Below are positions 8,783 through 17,037 of a stretch of 40,190 bases of DNA, piece by piece; positions within the stretch are counted from its first letter, which is position 1, and each line of letters begins with the position of its first letter. The stretch lies in IMG/VR virus record IMGVR_UViG_2698536576_000006, positions 1 to 40,190 of that record. One strand, given 5' to 3'. The position numbers and the translations under genes are program-made. The DNA is from a virus. Its lineage: Duplodnaviria; Heunggongvirae; Uroviricota; Caudoviricetes. The notes below the pieces were generated by a model. The model saw nothing but the letters and a program-made list of their open reading frames with translations. It did no database searches and was not told the DNA's origin.

Positions 8783-9597
8783 GTATGGAGCTGATGGTTA
8801 AAGCGATGAAAATTCGAGTGGGTAATCCATTGCGAAAACTGGTTCTGATCAAGCTGGCTGATAATGCCAGCGATCAGGGGGAGTGCTGGCCCAGCTACCA
8901 GCATATTGCTGACCAGTGCGAGATTAGCAAACGTTCTGTGATGAATCATATTGCGGCCCTTTGTGAGTCCGGGCTGGTAAAAAAAGTCACCCGGAAAGGT
9001 GAAAAAGGTAACTCAAGTAATATCTATCTCCTTCATCTTGATGGTGCAGGAGATTCACTAGGGGGTAGTGCAAATAATTCACTATCTGGTGCAGCAAATT
9101 CACCAGGTAGTGCAGGAGTTGCACCAGGGGGTAGTGCAGGAGATTCACCCAGAACCAGTCACTCTTTTGAACCAGTCAAAGAATCAGTCAATGAACCAAT
9201 AGCTGTTGGTGCATCTGCTGATGAGTCTGTGCGAGTTCGTTCAAACCGACCGGAATACTCTCCGGAGTTTGAGCAGGCATGGCTGGCATATCCCAAACGT
9301 GCTGGTGGCAATTCAAAATCAGCATCCTTCAAAGCCTGGAAAGCCCGTTTGAACGAGGGGGTAAACCCCGAAACCATGCTGGAAGGTGTGAAACGCTACG
9401 CGGGCTGGGTATCTGCGATGGGCAATAGCGGCACACAATTTGTGAAACAGGCTGTCACGTTCTTTGGTCCGGATCGTCATTTCGAAGAATCCTGGGAAGT
9501 TCCTGCGGTATCTGCAGCCAGACGTGAGGACCCGTACTTCAAAGCCAGTTACGACAACGTGGACTACAGCCAGATCCCGGCAGGATTCAGGGGGTGA
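8779..9597 (+). CDS. Replication initiator (lambda O-like) with N-terminal winged-HTH and internal origin repeats
   Basis: N-terminal motif PLRKLVLIKLADNASDQGECWPSYQHIADQCEISKRSV is typical of phage replication-organizer HTH domains. Start set at ATG 8779 (GGAGG 7 nt upstream) rather than TTG 8740. The linker region contains the iteron-like repeats. Confidence 0.65.
   Translation: MSMELMVKAMKIRVGNPLRKLVLIKLADNASDQGECWPSYQHIADQCEISKRSVMNHIAALCESGLVKKVTRKGEKGNSSNIYLLHLDGAGDSLGGSANNSLSGAANSPGSAGVAPGGSAGDSPRTSHSFEPVKESVNEPIAVGASADESVRVRSNRPEYSPEFEQAWLAYPKRAGGNSKSASFKAWKARLNEGVNPETMLEGVKRYAGWVSAMGNSGTQFVKQAVTFFGPDRHFEESWEVPAVSAARREDPYFKASYDNVDYSQIPAGFRG
9043..9150 (+). repeat. Iteron-like direct repeats (candidate replication origin) inside the initiator gene
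   Basis: Five copies of a 17-nt core GTGCA(G/A)NANNT(T/C)CAC(C/T)A starting at about 9045, 9068, 9089, 9110 and 9134 (21-24 bp period), several with internal GTGCA/TGCAC dyad. Lambda ori iterons sit at the same position within O. Confidence 0.55.
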
Positions 9598-9599
9598 TC

Positions 9600-10088
9600 A
9601 TGAGTCTTTTGAATGAAGTTCAGAAATTCATTGAAGCCCATCCGGGGTGTACTTCCGGAGACATTGCGGATGCTTTTGCAGGTTACTCACGGCAGCGCGT
9701 TCTGCAGTCAGCAAGCAAGTTACGTCAGAGTGGGCGTGTGGCTCACCGTTGTGAAGGGGATACACGCAGACATTTCCCGCGCCAGACAAAGATATCGCCG
9801 GAGGCGGAACGGCAACCAGTTCGTGAAACCAGACCTGTGCGCAATTTCTATGTCGGCACTAACGACCCGCGGGAGATTTTATGCCTGACCCGCCAGGCTG
9901 AAGAACTGGAGTCCAGGGGCTTATACCGTCGTGCTGCAACGGTGTGGATGGCGGCATTCCGTGAAAGCCACTCCCAGCCAGAACGAAACAATTTTCTGGC
10001 GCGTCGTGAGCAGTGTTTACGGAAAAGCAGCAAGCGCGCTGTATCGGGTGATGAGTGGTATCTGTCAGGGAATTACGTGGGGGCTTAA
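9600..10088 (+). CDS. Putative transcriptional regulator with PerC-like C-terminal region
   Basis: C-terminal motif AEELESRGLYRRAATVWMAAF resembles the PerC/Pch activator signature (recalled, not searched). Start set at ATG 9600 after GGGGG RBS. Stop overlaps the next start (TAATG). Confidence 0.4.
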   Translation: MSLLNEVQKFIEAHPGCTSGDIADAFAGYSRQRVLQSASKLRQSGRVAHRCEGDTRRHFPRQTKISPEAERQPVRETRPVRNFYVGTNDPREILCLTRQAEELESRGLYRRAATVWMAAFRESHSQPERNNFLARREQCLRKSSKRAVSGDEWYLSGNYVGA

Positions 10089-10741
10089 TGAGTAATAAAT
10101 ATTGCCAGGAGCTGGTGGAACTGCGGAACAAACCAGCCCATGAACTGAAGGAAGTGGGCGATCAGTGGCGCACGCCGGACAACATTTTCTGGGGAATTAA
10201 CACCCTGTTTGGTCCGTTTGTTCTGGATCTGTTCACTGACGGTGATAACGCCAAATGTGCTGCGTATTACACGGCGGAAGACAACGCGCTGGCGCATGAC
10301 TGGTCAGAACGCCTTGCGGAGCTTAAAGGTGCTGCCTTTGGAAATCCCCCATACAGCCGCGCCAGTCAGCATGAGGGGCAATACATCACCGGCATGCGTT
10401 ACATCATGAAGCATGCCAGTGCCATGCGTGATAAGGGCGGGCGCTATGTTTTCCTGATCAAAGCTGCCACCAGCGAAGTGTGGTGGCCGGAAGATGCAGA
10501 TCATATTGCTTTTATTCGCGGGCGTATTGGTTTTGAACTGCCTGCCTGGTTTATCCCGAAGGATGAGAAGCAGGTGCCGACAGGCGCTTTCTTCGCTGGT
10601 GCTATTGCTGTTTTCGACAAGACCTGGAAGGGACCGGCAATCAGCTACATCGGGCGCGATGAACTTGAGGCATGTGGTGAGGCGTTTCTGGCGCAGGTTC
10701 GCCTGCAGGCGGAAAAGCTGGTCAGGGAGATGGCGGCATGA
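10088..10741 (+). CDS. Phage orphan DNA N6-adenine methyltransferase (Dam-like)
   Basis: Contains the amino-methyltransferase catalytic motif NPPY (AAFGNPPYSRA) and a phage-Dam-like N-terminus. Start at ATG 10088 overlapping the upstream stop. Confidence 0.8.
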   Translation: MSNKYCQELVELRNKPAHELKEVGDQWRTPDNIFWGINTLFGPFVLDLFTDGDNAKCAAYYTAEDNALAHDWSERLAELKGAAFGNPPYSRASQHEGQYITGMRYIMKHASAMRDKGGRYVFLIKAATSEVWWPEDADHIAFIRGRIGFELPAWFIPKDEKQVPTGAFFAGAIAVFDKTWKGPAISYIGRDELEACGEAFLAQVRLQAEKLVREMAA

Positions 10742-11064
10742 CGACGTTAACTCAATGCCAGCAGCAGGTGCTGGATATGCTGATTTCTTATCAGAAAGAG
10801 CGTGGCTTCCCGCCAACCAATCAGGAGGTGACAACCATGCTGGGATACCGTTCGGTGAATGCAGCGGTGGAGCATCTTCGCGCACTGGAGAAAAAAGGCG
10901 TCATCACGATAAAGCGTGGTGTGGCCCGGGGGATCACGCTTCATACCGCGGTGAAGGACGACGACAGCGAGGCGGTCGGGATTATCCGCTCACTGCTTGC
11001 CGGTGAGGAAAACGCAAGGCTGCGTGCAACTCACTGGTTACATGAGAGAGGCCTGAAAGTATGA
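10738..11064 (+). CDS. Small DNA-binding protein with LexA-type N-terminal winged-helix domain
   Basis: 108 aa; N-terminus (LTQCQQQVLDMLISYQKERGFPPTNQEV) resembles the LexA DNA-binding domain, with no peptidase domain. Coupled ATGA start. Confidence 0.5.
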   Translation: MTTLTQCQQQVLDMLISYQKERGFPPTNQEVTTMLGYRSVNAAVEHLRALEKKGVITIKRGVARGITLHTAVKDDDSEAVGIIRSLLAGEENARLRATHWLHERGLKV

Positions 11065-11450
11065 AGCTGATCCTGCCTTTCCCGCCCAGCGTGAACACCT
11101 ACTGGCGACACCCCAACAAAGGGGCATTTGCTGGTAAGAGCCTGATAAGCGCGGCGGGGCGAAAATTTCAGAGCGCGGCGTGCGCAGCAATAGTTGAGCA
11201 GTTACGTCGTCTGCCAAAACCAACGTCGGCACCTGCTTCAGTGGAGATCGTGTTGTTTCCTCCGGATAACCGGATCCGCGATCTGGACAACTATAACAAG
11301 GCGCTGTTTGACGCCCTGACCCACGCGGGTGTGTGGGAAGACGACAGACAGGTGAAAAGAATGCTGGTGGAGTGGGGACCGGTTATCCCGAAAGGGAAGG
11401 TCGAGATCACTATCAGTAAGTATGAGAAACCGGCGGGTGCAGCCGCCTGA
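11061..11450 (+). CDS. rusA: Holliday junction resolvase RusA
   Basis: 129 aa with hallmark RusA motifs (LPFPPSVNTYWRH, RIRDLDNYNKALFDALTHAGVWEDD). Typical Nin-region position upstream of Q. Confidence 0.9.
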   Translation: MKLILPFPPSVNTYWRHPNKGAFAGKSLISAAGRKFQSAACAAIVEQLRRLPKPTSAPASVEIVLFPPDNRIRDLDNYNKALFDALTHAGVWEDDRQVKRMLVEWGPVIPKGKVEITISKYEKPAGAAA

Positions 11451-11469
11451 TTAAGAGGAGAAACGAAGT

Positions 11470-12279
11470 ATGAATAATCTGATGGTTATTGATGGTATTG
11501 AAGTTCGTCGTGATGCTTATGGGCGTTACAGCCTGAACGATCTGCACAGGGCAGCCGGGGGAGAACAAAAAAACCGCCCGAAATACTGGCTCTCCAATAA
11601 GCAAACCTGTGAATTGATTGAACAACTTTTCACCGAGGGTGGAATTCCGCCTCTGGAACAAAATCAACCAGTTAGCGTCATTAATGGCGGAAATAACCAG
11701 GGGACGTATGTCTGCAAAGAACTGGTGTATGCCTATGCAATGTGGATCAGCCCGTCATTCCATCTGAAGGTGATCCGTACTTTCGATATGGTAACCAGCG
11801 CACCGGAAAAATTATCCGGGCAGGCTGCTGACAAGATGCAGGCTGGCGTGATCCTGCTGGACTTTATGCGCCGGGAGTTAAATCTGTCTAACTCATCAGT
11901 GCTTGGTGCCTGTCAGAAACTTCAGGAGGCTGTTGGCTTACCGAATCTGGCACCGCGCTATGCCATTGATGCTCCTGCTGACGCGCCTGATGGCTCAAGT
12001 CGCCCCACGCTGTCGCTGAGTGCACTGCTGAAACAGTATGGTATCCGCCTGACGGCTAATCAGGCATATCACCAGATGGTGAAGCTGGGGATCGTCGAGC
12101 AGCGCGAACGATACAGCCGTACCGCGATTAACAACATCAAAAAATTCTGGTCACTGACAGCGAAAGGCTGCATGTTCGGCAAGAACATCACCAGTCCCGC
12201 AAATCCGCGCGAGACGCAGCCGCATTTCTTCGAATCCCGATTCCCTGAGCTGTTAAAGCTGCTCGATACCGTACATTGA
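11470..12279 (+). CDS. KilA-N domain protein (antirepressor-like)
   Basis: N-terminal IDGIEVRRDAYGRYSLNDLHRAAG...KRPKYWL...YAYAMWISPSFHLKVIRTF matches the KilA-N DNA-binding domain. AAGAGGAG RBS upstream. Confidence 0.7.
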   Translation: MNNLMVIDGIEVRRDAYGRYSLNDLHRAAGGEQKNRPKYWLSNKQTCELIEQLFTEGGIPPLEQNQPVSVINGGNNQGTYVCKELVYAYAMWISPSFHLKVIRTFDMVTSAPEKLSGQAADKMQAGVILLDFMRRELNLSNSSVLGACQKLQEAVGLPNLAPRYAIDAPADAPDGSSRPTLSLSALLKQYGIRLTANQAYHQMVKLGIVEQRERYSRTAINNIKKFWSLTAKGCMFGKNITSPANPRETQPHFFESRFPELLKLLDTVH

Positions 12280-12280
12280 G

Positions 12281-13276
12281 GTGACCGTGAGAGCACTACT
12301 GACCCCTGAAATTGCCCCGCGTATGGGGATCGTATTGTTCAGACCAGGTTCAGAGCTGATGCCCCTGTTTATGCAGGGGCGTGTCCTGCTGGAGCCTGAG
12401 CCGGAACGTTATTCATCTTTCGCCAGTGGTGCCGTTCCGGCGGCATCACAACCGCTGGCGGATGATCCTGCCGTTCGGGCCGTGTTCCGCAATGAGGCAG
12501 TTATTCGTCGTGCGGGTGGCGTGGAATGTCTTGAAAGCTGGTTACTTCGTGAAAAGGGCTGTCAGTGGCCTCATTCCGACTGGCACAGCGAGAACATGAC
12601 CACAATGCGACACGCTCCGGGCGCAATCCGTCTGTGCTGGCACTGCGATAACCAGCTGCGCGATCAGTTCACGGAACGGCTGGAATCAATGGCAACGGAT
12701 AACTGTGCCCGCTGGGTGTTGTCTGTTGTGCGTCGGGATCTCGGTTTTGATGACAGTCACGTTGTGACAATGCCGGAACTGTGCTGGTGGCTGATTCGTA
12801 ATGACCTGGCGGATGCCTTACCGGAAAGTGCAGCCCGTAAGGCACTGAGATTACCAAAGCCTGTTGTGCCGTCTGTCACCCGGGAAAGTGACCTTGTGCC
12901 TTCGGTTCCTGCCACCAGCATCATCCAGGATAAAGCGAAAAAGGTGCTGGCGCTGAAAGTGGATCCGGAGTCGCCGGAGTCTTTTATGTTACGCCCAAAA
13001 CGTCGCCGCTGGGTTAATGAAAAGTACACGCGCTGGGTTAAGACACAGCCGTGTGCATGTTGTGGAAAGCCCGCTGATGATCCCCACCACCTGATAGGTC
13101 ACGGTCAGGGTGGAATGGGAACAAAAGCGCATGACCTTTTTGTGTTGCCTTTGTGCAGAAAGCATCACGACGAGCTGCATGCGGATACCGTGGCATTTGA
13201 AGAGAAGTATGGCTCCCAGCTGGAGCTGATATTTCGTTTTATCGATCGTGCGCTGGCAATTTGCGTGCTGGCCTGA
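12281..13276 (+). CDS. DUF968-type protein with C-terminal HNH-like Cys/His motif
   Basis: C-terminus CACCGKPADDPHHLIGHGQGGMGTKAHDLFVLPLCRKHHDELH is the DUF968/HNH-like signature common in Nin regions. Start (GTG 12281 or 12287) uncertain. Confidence 0.6.
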   Translation: MTVRALLTPEIAPRMGIVLFRPGSELMPLFMQGRVLLEPEPERYSSFASGAVPAASQPLADDPAVRAVFRNEAVIRRAGGVECLESWLLREKGCQWPHSDWHSENMTTMRHAPGAIRLCWHCDNQLRDQFTERLESMATDNCARWVLSVVRRDLGFDDSHVVTMPELCWWLIRNDLADALPESAARKALRLPKPVVPSVTRESDLVPSVPATSIIQDKAKKVLALKVDPESPESFMLRPKRRRWVNEKYTRWVKTQPCACCGKPADDPHHLIGHGQGGMGTKAHDLFVLPLCRKHHDELHADTVAFEEKYGSQLELIFRFIDRALAICVLA

Positions 13277-13293
13277 TTTTGTGGAGAAAGTTG

Positions 13294-13638
13294 ATGCGTG
13301 ATATGTATGAAGTTTTGGACCGCTGGGGGGCATGGGCTGCTGCAGAAAACAGTGGTGTGGACTGGCAACCGGTAGCCGCTGGCTTCAAGGGGCTTTTACC
13401 TCATGGCAGAAAGTCCCGGATTCAGTGCGATGATGATGAGGGCATCATAATAGACGGTTGTGTCTCTCGGTTGCGTAAATATAAACCGGAAGAGTATGAG
13501 CTGATCATTGCACACTTTGTTATTGGTATATCGCTTCGAACTATTGCGAAGAAGCGAAAGTGCTCTGATGGAACGATAAGGAAGGAGCTACAAACTGCAA
13601 TAGGATTCGTTGAAGGGTGTATGTTGATTTTGTTTTGA
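13294..13638 (+). CDS. Q: Late-gene antiterminator Q
   Basis: Motifs RWGAWAA...AAGFKGL...QCDDDEGIIIDGCVSRL...KCSDGTIRKELQTAIGFVEGC match the phage antitermination Q family. Start set at ATG 13294 with GGAGA RBS. Confidence 0.8.
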   Translation: MRDMYEVLDRWGAWAAAENSGVDWQPVAAGFKGLLPHGRKSRIQCDDDEGIIIDGCVSRLRKYKPEEYELIIAHFVIGISLRTIAKKRKCSDGTIRKELQTAIGFVEGCMLILF

Positions 13639-13669
13639 TATTCGCAGAAGCCGCTAATGCGGCTTCTAA

Positions 13670-14152
13670 TTAAGAATTTATATTTCTTTTCTCTTCAAAT
13701 AATTCTTTAATTTTTAATGGTATAAATGTTGATTGTATGAATGAAAAACATGTTAAGAACGAAATTAAATGTGCAATAGTGGTTTTGGTATAATCAAAAT
13801 AAATACCGGAATGTGTTTTATCCTTGGATAAAAGATAAAAAACAAATATTAATGCAAGTGTAATTATATACATCAAAAATAAAGTGTAATATTTTACAAA
13901 GCGCATATAAAATCTAGTGTTTTGGTTTTCTTTTTCTAATGCATTAAGCGATTTAGATATTGATGAGTTTTCACCGGACATTGTGATAACTAACAATAAA
14001 AAACCAGATAGGATTGAGAAGACATTTGCAACAAGATTTAATGCATCATTATTATTTGTCAAACTATTCGTAAGATATTTGGAGAAAAGAAAGGAAGCCA
14101 CAAAATTTCCTATGGTAACTGAAATACCTGTCCAGTTATAATCTTTAAGCAT
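13670..14152 (-). CDS. Small four-helix integral membrane protein (RexB-like in topology), second gene of an inverted AT-rich two-gene module
   Basis: 160 aa with four hydrophobic segments of about 20 residues (res ~9-27, 38-60, 89-108, 124-146). AT-rich; opposite strand to the flanking phage late genes. Confidence 0.55.
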   Translation of the reverse strand: MLKDYNWTGISVTIGNFVASFLFSKYLTNSLTNNNDALNLVANVFSILSGFLLLVITMSGENSSISKSLNALEKENQNTRFYMRFVKYYTLFLMYIITLALIFVFYLLSKDKTHSGIYFDYTKTTIAHLISFLTCFSFIQSTFIPLKIKELFEEKRNINS

Positions 14153-14179
14153 ATGGCTCCCCTACAGTCTTTAGTTGCA

Positions 14180-15001
14180 TTATAACACATTTGTGACAAA
14201 ATGCTCTAAAATTTCATAAGCATATTTACTGGAAATTGTTTGTGATCCATATGGTAATGTGTAGTAAGTTTTTGTAAGTTTCATATCATCGCTAGTGATT
14301 TTCTCTCCTTTTTTAGTTTCAAAATAAAAGTCACTGTTTAAATCAGATAACCAGGGAGTCGGGTTACTTTCGATTGATGCAGCAACGGCAGGGTTACCTC
14401 TGGCATCAATAGTAAAATGACCACTTATTCCTGTTTGTTTTAATTTTGGTTCTTTTTTTACAAACGATGATAAGAAGTTAGGTTTTTTAACAAAATCTGA
14501 CTCATGTACATTGAAATTCACATGTACAGCACGTAAACCATCATCTTTTACTTTTTGAATTACATTCTTCTTTAAAACAGCTGACGGTATTATATCTATA
14601 CCGTAGCATTTGAATATTTTTGCTATTTTGACCTCACTCCAGTTGGTGGATATTTGAAGAAGTGAAGCAATCTGATTGCCTTTAACCATAAAAAAAGCAT
14701 GGAGATTGTCAAAATTTTCAACATCTAACAAATCTTTAACATTGGGTTTGTTTGGGGTAATCGATACTTCTTCTTTAGGGTTGTACAAAGAAAAATGTAA
14801 GTAATGGATATTACCACTGGTCCTGAATTCTTTTAACTTTAAATGTCTGTTAGTTGATAATGTGATTACGGAGCCCTGTACAAGTTGTTTATTGGTTGAT
14901 ATTTGCTGAAATAAATTATTTTTCCCGTCAAGGTTTACATTAAAAGCCCTGACTTGGCATTTTTTTGTTAAGTTGCTGTTTTTAGTGTCAGAAAAGTTCA
15001 T
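14180..15001 (-). CDS. Soluble 273-aa protein, first gene of the inverted two-gene module (candidate RexA-like sensor)
   Basis: AT-rich ORF 27 nt upstream of the membrane-protein gene on the same strand. Soluble ~270 aa plus ~150-aa 4-TM pairing mirrors lambda rexA-rexB. A short stretch (FFMVKGNQIASL) resembles my recollection of RexA; this is unverified. Confidence 0.5.
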   Translation of the reverse strand: MNFSDTKNSNLTKKCQVRAFNVNLDGKNNLFQQISTNKQLVQGSVITLSTNRHLKLKEFRTSGNIHYLHFSLYNPKEEVSITPNKPNVKDLLDVENFDNLHAFFMVKGNQIASLLQISTNWSEVKIAKIFKCYGIDIIPSAVLKKNVIQKVKDDGLRAVHVNFNVHESDFVKKPNFLSSFVKKEPKLKQTGISGHFTIDARGNPAVAASIESNPTPWLSDLNSDFYFETKKGEKITSDDMKLTKTYYTLPYGSQTISSKYAYEILEHFVTNVL

Positions 15002-15235
15002 GGTTTCCCCTTGTTCGCTGTGTGCCCTTATTCTAAAAAAAAACTACTGCGTACGCAAAAACTATTGTATCGTGTTAAGAGTGGTTACTACGCCACACAG
15101 CTTAAACCTGCTGCCAAGCGGGGTTTTTTGTGTCCGAAAAGTGGTGCAGTACGTTAAATGTGTATGTTGTTTTTTTAATATTCAGAAATAATAAAAACAC
15201 ATGCGTATATTTACAAATATTGACATTGTTTTCTA

Positions 15236-15263
15236 TTGAAAAAAGAACCGGCATTATTAATAT
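15236..15263 (+). promoter_or_regulatory. Candidate sigma70 promoter (possible late promoter PR') upstream of the tRNA genes
   Basis: -35 TTGAAA (15236-15241), 16-nt spacer, -10 TAATAT (15258-15263). Sequence-pattern only. Confidence 0.25.
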
Positions 15264-15325
15264 TGGTTCCCGGTTCCGAAGGGGGTGTAAAGCGGGGTCA
15301 TTTTTATTTCTCTTGAGGAACCAAT

Positions 15326-15401
15326 GCCGACTTAGCTCAGCAGGCAGAGCAACTGACTTGTAATCAGTGGGTCACCAGTTCGATTCCGGTAGTCGGCACC
15401 A
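15326..15401 (+). tRNA. tRNA-Thr (anticodon UGU)
   Basis: 76-nt cloverleaf folded by hand: acceptor GCCGACT/AGTCGGC, D-loop with GG, anticodon stem ACTGA/TCAGT with loop CTTGTAA, T-loop TTCGATT, 3' CCA encoded. Near-identical to host thrU as recalled. Confidence 0.9.
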
Positions 15402-15404
15402 TAT

Positions 15405-15479
<75 letters not shown>

Positions 15480-15739
15480 TAGTAGTAAGGCGAGATTGTA
15501 TTAGGCACTGGCACATTATATGTGGGGATAGTTTTTGGCCTCTTCATTTACATTCCGTTCTGTAATGAGTGATACTAATTGCAGTCCAGTGCTATTTTTA
15601 CACCATCAGAATGGTGCATTATAGGTAGAGATTTGTAATGTCTCTGGCTGGGACCGATAATGCATCATCCCGATGTTGTAAACATCACCCTATCATTGAG
15701 ATTAATCGTATATTAAGCAAAACTTGGAAATACATCCTT

Positions 15740-15770
15740 AACCGCCTTCATCAGGCGGTTTTTTTATTTT
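15740..15770 (+). terminator. Rho-independent terminator
   Basis: aaccgcct-tcatc-aggcggtt stem-loop followed by TTTTTTTTATTTTT. Confidence 0.55.
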
Positions 15771-16090
15771 TAATTCGCAAAAAAGAAAACATGGACACTG
15801 ATAATGCCCGTGCGGTAATGCCATGCAAGTTAGCGATAAATATGGAATAAAAAAAGCGCGGCTGTCGGATTAACGCTGCGGGACAAACTCCTTGAAGAAG
15901 AATAAGTATCGGTCTCCTTCAGGGAGATGCGTTTATATTACTAAGCATTAAGAATGGTTTGAATTCTCAGATTAACCTTAATTCCAGATGAGATTTATTT
16001 CATTTTCTCCGGGCCACGTCCGGCACACATCACATCAGATAACACCGCACAAAAGGCATCTGCGGGTGCCTTTGACGGGGTGTTTTTTAC

Positions 16091-16116
16091 GGGCCGCTGG
16101 TGGCCCTTTTTTATTT
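16091..16116 (+). terminator. Hairpin plus T-run immediately upstream of the holin gene (tR'-like candidate)
   Basis: gggcc-gctggt-ggccc followed by TTTTTT, 15 nt before the holin RBS. Confidence 0.45.
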
Positions 16117-16130
16117 ACAGGAGAAAAAGT

Positions 16131-16523
16131 ATGTCTGAACCCTTATCCGGTTCCGGCACGGCTGCGGCGCTCGGCGGGGCGACGGTATTCGGGCTGTTTA
16201 CCGGAACGGATTTCGGGATTGTGTTTGGTGCGTTCGCCGGGGCGTTATTTGTGGCAACGATGCCGCAGGCGCTTTCAGCCTGGCGTGTGGCGGCGCATTT
16301 TCTGGTGTCGTTCATTATCGGCGTGCTGGGGGCAGAGGTTCTGGCATCCTGGCTGGTCAGGCACACAGAGTTTAACGGTGCACCTGTTGACGCATTGTGT
16401 GCAGTACTGGTGTCAGTGGTGTCGGTGAAGATTCTCTCGTTCATCCACCAGCAGGATATTGCATCGCTGGTGTCCGGCCTGTTCTCCCGCCTGCGGGGTG
16501 GAGGAGGCGGCAATGTTAAGTAA
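16131..16523 (+). CDS. Holin
   Basis: 130-aa product from ATG 16131 (AGGAG RBS) with Gly/Ala-rich transmembrane segments and a charged C-terminus; first gene of the lysis cassette. ORF-track start 16080 rejected. Confidence 0.7.
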   Translation: MSEPLSGSGTAAALGGATVFGLFTGTDFGIVFGAFAGALFVATMPQALSAWRVAAHFLVSFIIGVLGAEVLASWLVRHTEFNGAPVDALCAVLVSVVSVKILSFIHQQDIASLVSGLFSRLRGGGGGNVK

Positions 16524-17022
16524 CCTTCCCGGATTGCTGAATGTGGCGTTATGTACGGTTATCGTGCTGACGCTCTTTTTTTATCGTCGTCGTGATTCCA
16601 GACATAAACCGCTGGTGTCATGGCTGGCCTGGCTGCTGATGCTGCTGTATGCCTTTGTGAGATTCAGCCGCCGGAGCGAGAAAAATCTGGAGGGCGTCAA
16701 ATCACAGCTGGTTGCTGTCGTTCGCCGTGCGCTGGAGCTGACGGAAGTTGATTTCGGTATTACGGAAGGCCTGCGCACAAAAGAGCGCCAGATACAACTG
16801 GTTGCGGAAGGGAAAAGCCAGACCATGAACAGCCGCCACCTGACCGGTGATGCGGTGGATGTTGTGGCCTACGTTGGCAACCAGGTGTCATGGGACTGGC
16901 CTCTGTACGAGAAAATCGCACAGGCATTTAATCAGGCTGCCGCAGAGCTGGGTATCGCCATTGAATGGGGCGGGGACTGGAGTTCTCTGAAAGACGGACC
17001 ACATTTCCAGCTGAAGCGCTGA
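16513..17022 (+). CDS. Endolysin, peptidase M15 family (L-alanyl-D-glutamate peptidase type) with hydrophobic N-terminal extension
   Basis: C-terminal region (VDFGITEGLRT...HLTGDAVDV...WGGDW...DGPHFQL) matches M15 zinc peptidase endolysins. About 60 N-terminal residues contain two hydrophobic stretches. Start ATG 16513 after GGAGGAGG. Confidence 0.8.
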   Translation: MLSNLPGLLNVALCTVIVLTLFFYRRRDSRHKPLVSWLAWLLMLLYAFVRFSRRSEKNLEGVKSQLVAVVRRALELTEVDFGITEGLRTKERQIQLVAEGKSQTMNSRHLTGDAVDVVAYVGNQVSWDWPLYEKIAQAFNQAAAELGIAIEWGGDWSSLKDGPHFQLKR

Positions 17023-17037
17023 CAGCAGGGGCTGATT

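Noticed and set aside
10304-10885. 193-aa minus-strand ORF
   Set aside because: Antisense to the methyltransferase and LexA-like genes, which have catalytic motifs and coupled starts.
15988-16428. 146-aa plus-strand ORF overlapping the holin region
   Set aside because: Alternative frame of the holin locus with an Arg/Cys/Trp-rich product; the holin frame has the RBS and membrane-protein character.
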